A stretch of 64,000 nucleotides of DNA. Origin: Catajapyx aquilonaris (lineage: Eukaryota). Shown piece after piece: positions 47,772 through 62,905 of the stretch. Within the stretch, counting starts at the first letter, position 1. Every line of letters begins with the position of its first letter. Position numbers and translations under genes: made by a program. The DNA lies in contig KZ538145.1 in assembly GCA_000934665.2 (NCBI GenBank), positions 1 to 64,000 of the forward strand, written 5' to 3'. The notes below the pieces were generated by a model. The model saw only the letters and a list, made by a program, of their open reading frames with translations. It made no database searches and was not told where the DNA came from.

Positions 47772-48016
47772 GAGGCGCTTAGAACAAAAGTGGCCCATTT
47801 ACGCCACTTTCGAGATACGACCGCCATTGCGCTCAGAAGGCTACTCTAAGTTGGTGCAAAATTAGTGTAACTCATAAGTTGGATATTTGGCCAATAGTTG
47901 GCATAATCTTATTTATGCTCCAAGGAGAATTGCCTACGCTAGCGCCATGGAGCATTTCAGGTCAATTTTTGTAGCTTTTTTTTTTGGACTTGTGCCACTT
48001 TTGTTCTAAGCGCCTC
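47772..48016. mobile_element. MITE with GAG...CTC termini (Sola-like), 245 bp
   Basis: It has perfect 23-bp TIRs, GAGGCGCTTAGAACAAAAGTGGC / GCCACTTTTGTTCTAAGCGCCTC, flanked by ATAT on both sides. This fits a 4-bp TSD; a TA-TSD reading with 1-bp-longer TIRs is also possible. Confidence 0.85.
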
Positions 48017-51000
48017 ATATCTGGGTTAAAAATAGCTCAAAACGGCCAAAATTCACTGGTATGCTCACAAAGTAACAGGTCTCCAACGCCATGTTGCCAA
48101 CACAGATTCCCAAATTTAACGTCTATAAAAGTCGGAATTCCCTCCGTTTTTTCTCCTAGAAGCATGATAGCCCCTAGCAAGTTTGCTAGAGACGTTTACA
48201 GTCGAACCTTTCACTTTCTTGGCTAATTAGCAAGCCGCCGCAACTTTGAAAAAAAAACCAACTTTTTACACGTAAAAAAAATCATTTTCACATATTTTCC
48301 GTTTCAGATCTCACAAGTCAGATTCACTCCGAATCTGCTTTTATTCAGGCGTATCTGGCATGTTTTTTTTTGTTCGCTTACCCCCTCGAAGCTTTTTATA
48401 TATTTTTTGCGAACTGGAATGGAATTTGGGCAGTTGCATGAGTGGTCCGGGAAAGGGAATGCTGGATGCGGTTTTTCTGGGCACCAGGTCAGGAAGGGGT
48501 TGAAGAGTATGGGGGTTAGGGTAGAAGCAAATAAAAAGGGCTCGTTCGGCTGCTAACACGCGTGATTACCGAGGGAGGCGCAGATCATTGCTAGAATGGA
48601 AATTGGGCTTTTTATTCCAGACGAGTTAGAGCGAAGTTATAATGGCCTAGTGTAAAGTAGATTGCTCCAGGCGTTTATTGACTGCGGTGCCCACAAAGAC
48701 GGCTCACTTATAACTCCGGTGCCAAGCACATACATCTCCCTATTGGTCAAAGGTTCCGTCTGGTATGGTGCTATGATTGGAACCGGCAGTAATTAAATCG
48801 GAAAATTTTGGGGAGCAAAATTGGCATCTTGGGTCGAACAGCACGCAATGGGGCGTGTTGGGGGTTATTTTATTACTACAAGTTCTGTCTCCAGGATGGA
48901 CTCCAAGTGGACCAATTCAACACGGTGGTCCGGATTTTTTGCACCCTCTCCAAAGCTCAAACTGTATAGCTTTGGCTGGGGATGTGTGCGCCTGCGGTTT
49001 CCACCAAAAATTGCTCATTAGCGCGATAATGCGGACCTTTATCCAGTCTGCATGTGCACTCCGATCGTAATTGTGACAACAGCAATTAATTTCCTCTGTT
49101 AGGACCAAGGTGCGTAATTACCTCCATGCGGCGGGGAGAGTTTTAAAAAACACGCCTCCACTCTTCAGTGTTTTTTTTTTGGGGGGGGGGGGGGGACCAG
49201 AATTGCTGAGTAGCCGATGTCAAAATGATCACCCATACTACCCGGTCATGAGCCTTTGTCTTTTTTTTCCTCTCTCTACAGGAGAAAGTGGTTGTAATAT
49301 TGGAACGCCAGGTTACATGAGATTTGAGTGACACAAATCATAGGTTAGGTTGAAGAGCAAGTGGCTACGGCGCATACGCTAGCTTACTTATTCCATACCC
49401 TTTCGATGGACAGTCGCATTCCCTGTAGGATTTGTAGAGTCAGGCAGTAATAGTTTTTAATATTGTATGCGCCACAAGAATGGTTGTACTTGCAAAATTG
49501 CCTGCTGACAATCACTTGGGTCCAAATTCAGATCTTCTATTTCAAATGCGATCCGAATATGGAATGTACAATTTGCTGATAAACTACACTTTTCTACTAT
49601 TAGATTTCAATATTTTGAAAATAAGGCCAAACCTATAGGAAGATTTTATGTCGCAACATGGCTAATATCCATATCCAAAAATTGAATCCTGGCGTCCAGC
49701 AAAAAACTCATTTCCCCTGAAAATGATACACGATCCCAGAATTCATTTGCCCCGCATCTCCCCCATCCAAAAAAGGCAAGTCTTGTATACTAGTATTTGG
49801 GTCGTGACGTGTATCGAAAAGGTAGGATCGATTGGATTCTCATCCTGATGGGGCTTCGCGTGATTCCACGGCCCCTCCCTACACCCCTCCATCCCCCTTC
49901 CTCCCCGCTACTCCCACCCTAGCTCTCTTGCCCGCTCATGGAGATGAACTTGTCAAAGCGGAAGAAATCTAATCTGCAAGCGAAGCAAGAAAAACGCATG
50001 ATTTGGCTGGGTCCCTGCTGGTGCAATAAACGTTGCGTGTGTGCGTGCGCATGCGTGTTCCCTATGGAAATGACATACACTTCTTAACGTGCCCCCTGGT
50101 TGACCATCCTATAATCCGTCCCATTGGCCATCAAAAGAGATTAAGATTGGATGGATGGACGTTTCCTTTCCGATCCACTCTGGTTGATTAGGTTGAACCT
50201 CAGGATTGTTGCGGCAGGCAATGTTGCGCTGCGTGTACGGAAATGTGGCCGGATATTCCATGTTTATAGGGAAGGTCGGGAAGAGGTCGCTGGAACGGTT
50301 AAGAAACGGCTGTTTATGACAACTAATTGAGTTACAGCGTCATTGATGACGAAACAGGGAAAATATCCAATTACTTTGGACAAGACGGAATAAATGTGAT
50401 TTATGGAGCTGTATAAGCCTGTCAGGTTCGTTTACAGTGTCGTACTGCATGCATCAAGACGGTTATTGAATCATGCCACGTTTGACCTTTCATTTTTATA
50501 GCAACAAACTTGATTCGAAAACACTTGCCCATGGGAGGGGGGTGGTAATAAATTGAAGGCATAACTCAAACATTAGGAGTAGAACCGCTGAGCCGGACTT
50601 TGATAACACCTGTCGCCATGCACGTACCCCTCGCGATTATTTTGCCTGGCGCCCGTTGATTCAGAGGCGTTGATCAAGTGCTATTCATCCGATCCCACTC
50701 ATTAATATCGACCTCCATCCATGGCTGCAGACTATCTCGCTTCAGGCCTCGGGGGAAAGCTGTCGGTTAGAGTTTATCAATTTTCACTATCCAGCGGTTA
50801 GGTATTCAGCGACGTGGGCCATTACAAGCCCGGCATTTTCAGAGTCAACTTCCATCACAAGACGAGGGAACCAAGTAACGACCGACATCGTTCGCTCATC
50901 CGTCATAACGAATGCGGACTCCTATTGAGAGAAGCGGAAAAGGAAACCCAGCACTGCCTGCTGCTGCTTCATTCCATTCCCACCGGTGGAAATCGGTACG

Positions 51001-54000
51001 TACCTGCTGCTGTCTACCAAAGCAAAAGAAAAAAAAATAATGGGGGCTAGAAGGTGGTGAAAAGACTGGAGGGGGTGGAATAGAAACAAAAGAAAGGCAG
51101 ATCGGGTCTGGTGGAGCAAGAATGCGTGAATGTTTGCAGCGTCGACCGCCCCCTCAGGATGCAAAAGAAAACACATCGCCTTTCCCTTGACAGCCTTTCC
51201 TTATACAGCCGCCTCTCTCCGTCCTCTCAACGGAAATCGATAGTCAGCTACGTCTTATAGCCTCTCCTATACCATACCAAGTATTCACGCCATCTATGCC
51301 CTATGTTCTGGCTCCTGGGGATGACCCCCTCTTCTCTCCATCCCCCAACACACCACATGCTTGGGGGACAAGGCAGTAATAATATTCCCCTCAGCAGTCA
51401 GTTCCATTCCTTTCAGAGGAATAAGTGCGCTCCTAACTCATCCTGACAGCTCCATTCTTCTTCCCGCCGCTTGTTTTCACACTCTCTCGGGCAAAACAAG
51501 AATACGCCTGACTATCTCAAGTTTATCAGCGGATACCACGCAAAAACGGGACAATCGTCTGTGCAACGTGCCAGGTGACACTTTATGCCAAGATGGCAGC
51601 AACCCATGGTCACTCCCCCTCCATACTCACACATTTACATGTTCCGGCACATAACCCCCGGTCCCTCGGCTTTCAAAAAAATATATAGAATAAAAAAACC
51701 CCTGGCGAGAGGGTCAGTCGTCGTAAATCAAGTGCGAGCGCCACCCTTTCTCTCCTAGCCCCTGTAACTAACCCTCCCATCATTTTCCGGAAGTGTCGTT
51801 AACGTTTGTCCAACACGGAAGGCCCCAGGACAGCAGCAGGCCGCAGTTATTACCTACTAACACTGCCAACCAAATTTCCTGCCCGCTTCTCCCTTATTAT
51901 CTGACCCTTCTGTTGGATAAGCAAGCAAGTAATGCGGACTTCCCTATTTCATGGATTATTATCGCTAAATGGGTTATCGTCACACTCCATGCTATTGGAA
52001 GATTGTTTCCCGAAATTCGATTCTGCTGGCTGCTGACTAAATATGCAATGAGGATTGTTGTCGACTTGGCTCTTTGGATCTGTCTATTGCAGCAATGATC
52101 AGAGAGCATTCCAAATCCAACAATTTATTTTACCTTGCCATAAAAAATACTGAACGTACCAATGGCAAAAAAAATAATGGAGCTCGTGAATGCTATTAAA
52201 AGCAGTTTAGTTATTTTAAGCTACATATTCCATACAGATAGTTTATTGATACATAACACGAACAAAACCAAGTCGATTCTTTGCACATAAATGTTCCACT
52301 GTCCACCCCTTTAATTCTGTTTGTTTCCTCAATTTTTGAATGGTGTACACTGCCCTCAGACACTTAGTGGTCTAATCACTGCGATGGGATCTCCTCAAGT
52401 TAGGCTTTTACGGCAGCGGATAGCATTGTCAATAACTTTCGCTAATGGAAGATGCTAAGTAAACATGTTGTACACTGAACCAGACAGTAAGAGTTAACAG
52501 TCAAAACAAGAATTCCGGTCAGGTCCCCCACGGATCCAGATAACATCCAACCTGAGTGCTTCTCATCACCTAAGGTAAGCTTTCGAGAGAAACAATTCTG
52601 CACATTGAATACCTTATCAGAGCGTGTCTAATCATACACGATATTCTTATATGCTATACCCACAATCATATAACCCCTGCCGAATTATTACGAGCATAAC
52701 ATCCGGCTAGTGGGGGATAAAATATAACTGCTGCGTCATTCCTGTGTTTGAACTCCATGCACGTGATTGGGATTTCCACTCCCTTCCCTTTCCTCCGCCT
52801 CCCCCCCCCCCTTCCCCTGGAGTCATGGACCCTAATGTTTACCTGCCAACTCCACAAACATTCCTGGTCCTGGCCATTATGCGGCCTGCATGAGACTTTT
52901 CCGTCCGCCAACGCCCCAAGTGGCCCAAGGAGATAACGCCAAATGAGGTTTCACTGGGCCTATTTACGTGAAAACGATCTCACGGATGGCTGAGGCCCGT
53001 CCCCAAACTTTTCGCCCAAAAAGAACCAAAAAGGAGGTGGAGGAGAAGAGGCCAAAAAGCAAGTTAGGCCTGTATGCCTTACTTTCCAAGGGGGGGGGGG
53101 GGAGTGGGGGTGCCACTTTGCTAGGGGATTTATCACAAATTTCCACACTCCTTTTTCCCCAGCCCACTTTCAAGTTTTCGTGATTCAAGTGCGCCGGGGA
53201 TCTCCCCCTGTAATAAGCACGTCAAAATTAACTGTCTCTCCAGTTAAAAGCTACTCTCCGGCTTCCAGGACCAACTTGCAAGACAAACTTTCACGCTTCA
53301 CTCTTGTTATCTCCGGCATATTTCTTACCCACCAAGGCCTCCCACTTTACCATCTCAAAAATTATGCAAACTGTAGAAAGTTACCTCTCCTAACAAAATA
53401 CCACCAGCCTCTCCTTCCTTCCCTCCCACTAAAAAAAAAGTCGCAGGGGTAGGAGGGGAGGCCGCTTCAGCCGCACCTGCTTCAACATTGTCACACTTTT
53501 CTGGAAATATGCATGGCGCAAACAAGTCTGATTAAGCCGACTTGGAAAGTCCACCTCCAGTTTGCAGGACGGAATATTTCGCGATAAGCTGGCTATGAAA
53601 CGGTGGGAAATCCCCGTTACGCGAGCGCAAAAGTGCCAGTTTTTTTTTCTCTCCAAATTTTAATTTAAACATTTTTTACGAGCAGAACTAGCACAATAAT
53701 TGTGAGACGCATGCGCGAGTGACGCCATGTTGATCACACCTTGGAGTAATCCCATGCGTGCTATGGTAAACATCATCCGACCATGTTCCAAAGTGAGGCC
53801 CGTCGTGGAGGACGTAAAGCTGAAGCTAGAAATGGAGGGTAAGTTTGAAAGTGAGACGAGGACAATGGTAGGGGCTGTTAGTGCGCGCACACCCCAATGG
53901 AAGGAAGAGCATCAAAATGGCCTCCTGTGCAGGAAATGCTGGCCCGAAATAGAGGCTCGTAAATCGGAAGAGCGCTGTTAAAAGGAGGCCTTCTGGAACA

Positions 54001-57000
54001 TTTTTTCCTCCCCCCCATCCCTAGCCCCCCCGTCGCCACCGACTTAATACGGCGAATCTGTCCGGAATCCGCGGCGGAGAGACAATTTGCCACCACATCA
54101 ATGACAAGCTCCAAAGTGCCTATCAGGCTGCGATAACCGGAGAGAACAGGCACCCTCTCCGGGCTTTTAAGGAAAGCTCATCACCATGCTGCCTAGTAGG
54201 CTATACGGACGTGCTTTTCACGCTCCCTGCTTGTGCCTGCTTTCCATCAGATTCACTCCACACACGGACACCATTACACGCTCCACACGAATCAAAAACA
54301 GAGGACAAGACTTGAAGTAGTCTATTGAGAAGAAACACGGTTGGATGAGTTGGGCGGGAGGGTTCTGCATTGTGGAAGTGGTGAACGAGGAGGAAATAGA
54401 GTTGGACAGTCAGATTGATGTGCGGGAGGTGTAAGATGAGGCGGAGCAGAATTTGCGTGCAATTCCGCGAGGCTCTGTCAACGTCTCCTCTATGGGCTCC
54501 CTCCTTACCCTCACTGGATTCATTGGAGCCGTCGCCTAACAAAGTGGGGAGAGGAGATCATCCGGACCTTTCGCACGTTAATTCATTTCAATTAATCCGA
54601 TTATCGAGTGGATTAGCCCTAGAGTCACCCAGAGAGTAATGATCGGTGCCCAAGTCTACTGGAAAATATATGTTATTCTTGGTACGGTGGATACTACTAG
54701 TGGCAGGGCCCAGTTTCCTAATCCATATTAATAGTAGCATCCATCACAAGCATCACGGTAGAGCCTGAGGCTAGTATAGCTTAGCAATAATCGGTGGGTG
54801 GATTAATTAACTTCCTATTTGTTTCAACGACCCCGGCGTCCGATGCGAAGGAGACTAATGAGATACCATGCTTCATATTGGCACCCCTGACAGGCGGAAT
54901 TTTTAATCAGAACGACTGTCTCCTCTCTGAAAAATTGCAGATGCCTACACAATGATTATGGCTTTTATTAAGCCCGGATTTTCAATCTAGTTTTGTGATC
55001 GTCTGGATCGATCCATCAACACTCTTTTTTTCTCCATAAATTCCACACGTCAAATAAAACGGCTTGGAATACTGTAGTGCCGGTAAGGCATCTAACTCCA
55101 GCTCTCCCTGGTTATTATTAATTATCCAACTTGACGTTGGGTGGGAAGACTGCGACGGATCCTTTTCATGCAAATTAGATAGATAGGCAGGGTCCGCAGT
55201 GTAATTAGTTAGTGAGCCAGCCAGCAGAACTTGCTCTCCTAATACAGTACGTAGTTGGTAGCCTGCTGCTGGTTCCTGTACATGGCAGCCAACACCAGAG
55301 AAAAGAAGTTCACACTCTGCTGCTTGTTCTCATCAAGTATTCACTCTCCATCTGGCCTTCTTCCCGCCCCCCATTTTTCCTATTCTTTTTTCTTTTTCCC
55401 CGGAATAAAATCATCTGTTCTCTTATTGATTCAAAATCATTCCTGAATATCAACAAAGTCCTTGCCACCACTGCATATCTTGCAACCACCTTCTGAATGA
55501 GCTGGCTCTGGGTGACCCCTATCAGCAATATTATGAGCGTGTATGGCGTCGTGCGAGGGATGCGTAAGGTCACGAGAGATCGCGTGAATGTCACCTTCTT
55601 CCACGTGCCGGCCTGCCTGACTCTGATTAACATGCTTCCTGCCTGCTGGCCCCCACCTTTCCCCTTCCCAAAAGGAATCTATCCCGCCCTAGCACGCCGA
55701 CTCAGGTCGAGATGACATTTTTTTTAAATGTAAAAAAAATATATAGTGGCCAGCAGAAACTTCATATTATTACCGTACCCTTTGACAGGACAATGCAATT
55801 CATAAAGTTGATACCGTTCAGACAGTGCATTAACTGCTTGAGTATCCGTCTGGTGGAGTGGACAATGCAAGACAAGGTGGGTCAGCCAGAGAGTGGACCT
55901 TGGGCATTTAGAGTGCGGGCGTGCACTCCTTGCACCTGGCCGCCGTGTCATTTGGGTGGAATGGTCCAATTATCCGCGGGCCAGAAACACTTGCCTTGCT
56001 CCATGGGAAGGTAATTGGGCCGATAGGTGGTGATTTGGGTCGGCGGCACGGAAGTCATCAATCACCACACGTACCCGGGGGCTCTTGCAGGCTCCATGCG
56101 ATGGCTGGGCTGCTGCTGGCCTAGTCATCCTCTACTATTCTTTTATTATCAGGACCCCCAGTAGTATAGCAACGATTGTGACTGCAACAAGGCCCTAAAC
56201 ATATGCAAAATGCATGGCTTGTATGGAAGATATATTTAAACGTGGGCAGGTTTGCACATGAAAAATGCAGGCGGATTCCAGATACAGTACACAGCAACGC
56301 TCTACTTTTTTCCTAAATTAATTACGCGCTTGAATTTTGCAAGCCTGCCTTGTAGGGCGTAACAATAATGCAGAATATGCCAACAATATCGCGAATGCAT
56401 ACCTTTTACCCGGATTGTCAGTGATATTCAAGCGGATCCGGAAGCTAAGCCGAGGTGAGGTCCAAAACAAGTGCATGCACACAGAGGCTTGACGGTTCCG
56501 GTTAATGAAGCCCCAGAAACATGGTGCCTTAGGTGGGCTGGCCTCAGACTCCCAAGAGTCACCTTCCAGAGCGAACCAACACGTAGAATAAAATAAGGCA
56601 AGAGGCTCCGGACACCCACAGAAGAGTGAGTCGGATGCAAGGCAAGCCAGCAGGAAGAGAACTCTTCCTTCCTTCATCTTATTCTTCTCAATCTGGTTCC
56701 AAATCTCCTTCTCCAGGCTTGCAGAAATGGGATTCCGGGGACTCCTCTCGGCAGCCCCTTTAATGAGCATTTTTACGGCCTTTCTGGGCTTGATTTCGCC
56801 CCTTCGATACTCAACTCTCCCTCTTCTACCCCCAACCCCTTCTTTTCCCTTCCAAGCTTAAGCCTATAGTCCTCAATTCCTTCTTCAAACTCCTTTTTTT
56901 TGCGCTGCATTCACCTCGCTCGGACATAACTCACTTTACTTCGGTTAGTGCAAATCTTCTTTCGCTCTATACAACTCGAGTAGTTGAGAGAGAAAAGTAC

Positions 57001-60000
57001 CTCGGATCTGCTCCGCTGCTGCTTTCCCATTCCAGTAATCACTTCATTCGACTATAGCAAGTAGAGTACATCAAACAGACATGGTCGGGATTTGGAAAAG
57101 GATAAGAGTGCCCCTGGTTGGTAGGCATACCATTTGGCAGAGAGATGAACTTGCGGTTAACCCCATCTAGCTGCAGGTGGAGTGAGTCCCCGCAAGCGCT
57201 TGTGAATCAACATGTAGGGATAGGTCTGGCGCACACAATGGCGGGCCAGCCATCACTTTGTCGGCCGTGCCGACGGTGTCAAGTGTAAATGGCGCTCTTT
57301 TGTGTTGGGCCGTCACATAAAAGCCGAAGCTGCAACTAGACAGCGGCAGCCTCCTGCATCAAGCGTCAACCCATCAGCCAAGGGCAGGGATTATTTTGCA
57401 CCTGTATGCCGCAACGTTGCTGATTTGCATGCGCCTGCCACATTAGTCCTCTAAAGAAACGGTAGAGTCGTGTGAGTGATATAGGCCGAGTGGTCACGTG
57501 AATCGTAACCGTTGATCTGCCCCGATTGATTTTGTCATGAAAAATTAATAACGGTGTTCAGGGGTCGTTTCGACTTGGGAATTCTATGGCCGTGCAGTAA
57601 CCGCACACGACGCAACTCATAATGGGACACTGCATGGTATTCTTTACGATGCGAACTTTTCTGAGAGATTGATTTTCAGCCGAGCAGAAAACGCATGTGA
57701 AGTTCCCCGAGTAATTTGCGGGCGGCTACATGGGGCCGTAAATACGCTTCTCGTGTACGTGCGTCCCATTCGTCACGATTTATCTCGACCATCGTACACA
57801 TTACACGAGTAAGCCCCCGCCGGCTCACTGCTGTGCACCGCACCTACGCGGTATAGCACGCACAAATCTACTCACGTTATGCACTTCGACCCAGCGACGG
57901 GGAAAATTATTTAGATAACATGATCTCCGCTGATCACGTCCCTTGTTTACACAACGGCCTGTTTTCCACGGAATCGGGATTCGGTTGGGGAAAAATAATA
58001 ACCGCCTGTTCACATCCCTCAGAAATGCCCACACGCACGTCTGCGTATTACCGGTATTATAGCACCGGGGGACGCCCATTCAGGCTTCATTCAAAGTACA
58101 GGCTCTTCCAAATCAATCGCCTCGTTAGGGTTCAAGCTTTGCCACTCAACCGGTTTTTATTAAGCAATCATGCTGTAAAAATATAGAGTTACGGTACATT
58201 AATCTATAAATTTAATATATGGTCCCGAATATAAATAATTTTCTGGAATATTGTTAGAATCTACATTCTAAGAAGTACCACCTGCAATAAAGTCAACTAT
58301 GATTAAGGTAGCCTGTAGAAAATTTTCCACTCATTTTTCTCTCGACAGTTTTTACATAAGGACCCCACCGTCATAGCAACGTCTTTGTCATGCTCTTTGG
58401 CAAACACAAAGCAATCGCAACGATAACTACATGACAAACATCGCAATGATAAGTCATATGTGATGCATGCGAGTTGAACATAATTCATATGTTTCTAACA
58501 GTGTGTATTAATTATCAGGTGTTTCTGACTCCAAGCTCACCCCCATTACTGGTTCTAATGTGACAGCACCTGTGCGATATTCTGGCTGTTGATGAATAAC
58601 CCAGACCGGATGTGAGGGGGATATGAAAGTGTGACAAAGTGGCGAGGTGTCTGACAAGTCCTGCGCCACACACACACACCTTTCCTGCACACACTCAGCC
58701 CCTGACGTCACTTTTCCCCTGGCCCTTCTGTAGTGGCGTTCGGGAGAAAATGTTTGCGGTCCACTCGTCGCGCTAGATTTCAGTGTCGGCAGTGTTGACT
58801 TTGAATCCAACTCGGTAATGGTCAGAGGGAGCCAGCGGGGAGCTTGCCTACTCGCAAAGGAACCATCTAAATTACCAAGTCCTCCACCATGTTTGCCCAG
58901 CTTCCCCCCTTCATTCTCCCAGGGTCCGCGTCCACTGCTATTTTGTCGTCCAGCCTCCCCGCCCTCCCCCTAATGAATATCTGCACCCAAAATGCATCCA
59001 ACATGGTCACCGGAGGACAAGTAGAGGGGAGAATAAGAGGAGGATGGTTGGGGTAGAGAGGAACATGGGGGGGACCCCTGCCTGACTGCCCTTCTGGGAA
59101 GTGGCCAACGAGCCCTGCCAAACTTCTAATCTGCGCCAGGATACACTCTGATGGAGAGTTATGCCCTCCAACTACTCTCACGATGGGCTCCCGCAGATAC
59201 AGAGTTGACCCCAAGCACTATTTTCCAAACCAACTCCCTCGCAATTATTTTGGTGCCTCTAACTAGAATGGACTGCAAGTGAAACACTTGACAAGACTTT
59301 AGGAGGTAGCCAGGAAAATCCGGAAAAAGTTTCAAGTAGTACCGGATCCACTTTCTGAAACACTGGCTGTGCCAAAAAATTCCTAATTGGCCATTTGGTA
59401 CGAGACAGACTGAAGTAGAACGCATATTTTTAACTATGGTCCGGCTATAATTCCGATATACATGGACATGGGTTGGCAGCATAAGTAGAGCTGCAAAACC
59501 TCCCGAAGTTATTTCTCGTGGAACTGTTCCAGGGAGGGGCTAGTGCTTCGTGAATTAGAGGAACATCACTGCTGGGCAAAAATAAAATACGAATGAAAAC
59601 ACACAACAGTGGTGCTTTGAGGGCAGGAAAAAAAACACACTAGTGCCACTTCCAGGTCCAACAAGCTTGCCAGAAACACAATTCGTGGACTAGTTGCAAT
59701 AAATCAACTCTACTTGTTGCTCTTGAAACTGCGGTTTGGGGCCACATTCGAGCATGTAAGGCAACACAAAAAAAAATTGCAAACGAGCACAGTGGTACGT
59801 TTGCACCCCTCAAAAACACACACAGATTATGTCCTACCCTAATTTAAATTGTCAAGTAGAGAACTGGGAGTATACAGGGTTGGAAATAATACCTGTTGGT
59901 AAGAAGGATTCGGACGTCCCAGGGAGACAATCACGTGTCCCTTGGCTTGTTTACATGACCTGATCAAATGAGCAGTGCTCCTCCGGTCAAAGAGAGAGCC

Positions 60001-62878
60001 AGAAGAGAAACAGTTCGTTACGCATTCCAGAAATGTATTACCCCAAAGAGTTGGCACGCCACCCGGGTAATTACCTTGGCACGCGAGCCAAAGGCACACA
60101 AACTGAGAATTACTGTAATGTCCTCAGATAGAGCAGCCCTACACGTTGACTTATCGGCCGCATAGAGAGCAGAGGGGGGGAAAAAAGAGGAACGAGCAAA
60201 GTATCCGGTGTTGGGCGCCCTAAAGCTATTTGTCAGGCTGGAAACGTGGCAAAGTCCATCTAAAGAGTCCTTGGTTGACTTGGCACTTCCCTTGGGTTTT
60301 AATTTTTTTGATTGAAAAATGCGAAACCGTCAAAGAAGGTCCTGGGATGAATCAAAAGTGATGATAAGCAAGCAAGGGTTGGGGTGGTATAGAGGGTTGC
60401 AGGCGCCAAACGCTCTAATTAAACACCAATAAAGGGAGTCTTTGCATCCGAAATGGATGTCGCGCATATATTCCGTCCGACACGGCGTCCCGAAGGCAAT
60501 CTCGTGCGTCAATGATATGCGAAAGGCATCATCTTTGAAAGTCAATAGACTGCCGGCATCCTGCGAAGTGTAATCGCGCCGGAAGGAAAATATGATTATG
60601 GAAGACGGAATCACATCAGCAGCCTTTGCATGAGAACCGTGGAGGCTGCCGCCGCCTCTGCTTGATGCTTCGTTTCCAGACTTTTGCCAAGGAAGAAAAA
60701 AAAATGGACAAAGAGCAAAAAATGGTCCATTAGACATACATTCCCGCCGCGGGACAAGCCTTCCAAATTTTGCACGTCTCGGCCTAACTGGCTCTTTCGC
60801 GGGCCTAGCCCAAACTCAAAGGCGGCTCTTCCTCCTTAAGACAATAATATCCGGTGCTTCAGAGCTTTCTTCTCTAATCGCGTTACCCGTCAAGAAGCCT
60901 CCTCCTCTACCTCCCCTTTTTACTTCATTTCCTTCCCACATTTCAGGATGGTGGCGGTGGTGGATGGTTGGCTTGCTTGGTGGGTTGCGTCTTCCTAATG
61001 AAGCTTTTACCAGAAACCTCCCTTACCCCTGGGGACCTAAGAGATGGCGTTAGAGTCGAACTGACTGACGGCCATCTTCTTTTTGAGCCGGACACGAGAA
61101 TAGATAACGGCTCGTTTACCAAGTGCCGCTACGGAAATTAACTACCCGGAATCTTAAGAAACCCTGTGGGCTGGAGAAGCAGATTTCTATCTGGCTGAAT
61201 GACAAGAGGAAGGAAAATGTAGAGAGAGAAGAAAAGAGCAGGGGGGGCCTGAGAATGAAAAAAAAAGAAGAGGGGGGGAGGGGGAGGGGGGGAAAGGGCC
61301 TAAAATTCCATCGCTCGCTCTGCGTATCATTATTCCCAAAGTTGGCGTCGCAGGAAAGGAATTCCGAAAATATTCCGGCAGAATTCTCCTGGGAAACTGT
61401 GCAGAAGGAACAGCGAACTAATTTCCGACCTGAGAGCTCCCGAACAAAATTCGCCTACAGCAGGCTGCACAAAGTTGGGCACAAAAGAACTGCTTCTGGG
61501 CCGTGTCATTACCCCACCCTTCGACCCCCAACCTTGCACACCCACCACTGCTTTCCACCATTTTGCGTACAACCAGAAACCATTTCTTCTTAATACCACC
61601 CCCTCCCTTTTAAAATGGCAACATGCTCTACTTGCTTGTTTGGCACTTCAAACTCGAATAATACAATATCAAGAAGTAGGGCGCATTAAAAAAAACAACA
61701 TGTTATTCACTGCAGCTACGACCTAGCCTTGTACAAATATGGCGAGAAAAAGGTACGTGCTTTTCGGCTCAATGCGATTTTCTTCAGAAGAGAGAGAGAG
61801 AAAAAAAATCCTGCAAGTTCTAAAGCGGAAAAATCCGACGCAGCCTGTAGGCGGAAAAACACGTTAGTCTAGAGCAAATGGCAGCTTCCGTGTCGGAAAT
61901 TTGTCAACTATTGCACCTTCTGCTGGCCAAATCGGATTGGAAGGAGAAAGGCCGTCCACTTTGGCGCCCTCAAACGGCCTTTCTCAAGCCCTACCCGCTA
62001 GCCCCCGAAACCAGCAGAGCTCATTACCCTAAGCTGCATCCCGGCACGCAAAAAAAAAAAGAAGAGGAAAAAATCCGGAAACTGACCAACTAACTACCGT
62101 ACATACTGCATGTAATCTCCCAAGTCAGGCTCAAAATCAACTCACGGCTTATACAACCAATTTGCATCATGTCCAAACTTTTGCAAATTGTTTTCTAATT
62201 AGGACATCATCATAATGCCATACGTGTCAAAAATGCTAGACAGTACAGCATGTGTGGGCGATGTTGACGTATATAGCACACACTAGAAAAGCTCAACCCG
62301 TCGCTTGCATCATATAGGCTATTAGGTATGTGGTTTGTGGTACATACTGTACAGTCCCCGACTCTGTGAGGCTGAAAATTGTAGCGTACATGTCACATCT
62401 TGACTCCATCAGAAGTTGGGCGTGATAATGATGATAATAATAATTGCGCAACCGTACAAGGTTGAAGGGTTGAGCACAAGCAAAGGGCTGATGGTGGTGA
62501 CCCCTGTTGGAGCCGCACAAGAACACTAAATTCGATCCTTTCCCTTTTCCGAAAATTGCCTTTGAGGCGGTGGGGGCATTATTATGGAAGGCCAGACATC
62601 CTAATTCCCGTTTCGCGATAATCCACCAATTAGTGTCTTCCTCCTGCTCGCCAAATTGCACCCAAACCTCCCTCTCCAACACAATTTGCTCTCGCCCTTC
62701 AGCCTTAATCCACCTCCGTCATCTCTTCCCTTATTCCTTACATCCAAGATCAAAGGCGTGTAAGCATCTTATTTTCCTTGAGTTCCACAGACTACTCTTC
62801 TGGCAAGAAAACCCATCCATGGCTGGATGGCGCCGGTACTTCAATGAAGAAACGGAATGAAGAGCCAGCCTGGCAACA

Positions 62879-62905
62879 TTGCTTGCTTGCTTGCTTGCTT
62901 GCTTG
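62879..62905 (+). repeat. Microsatellite (TTGC)6+
   Basis: Perfect array. Confidence 0.9.

Noticed and set aside
59885..59910. Acceptor-like CCTTCTTACCAACAG|GTATTA (similar at ~12931 and ~58281)
   Set aside because: The downstream hexamers (GTATTA, GTGGTA) are poor donors, and such matches are expected by chance.
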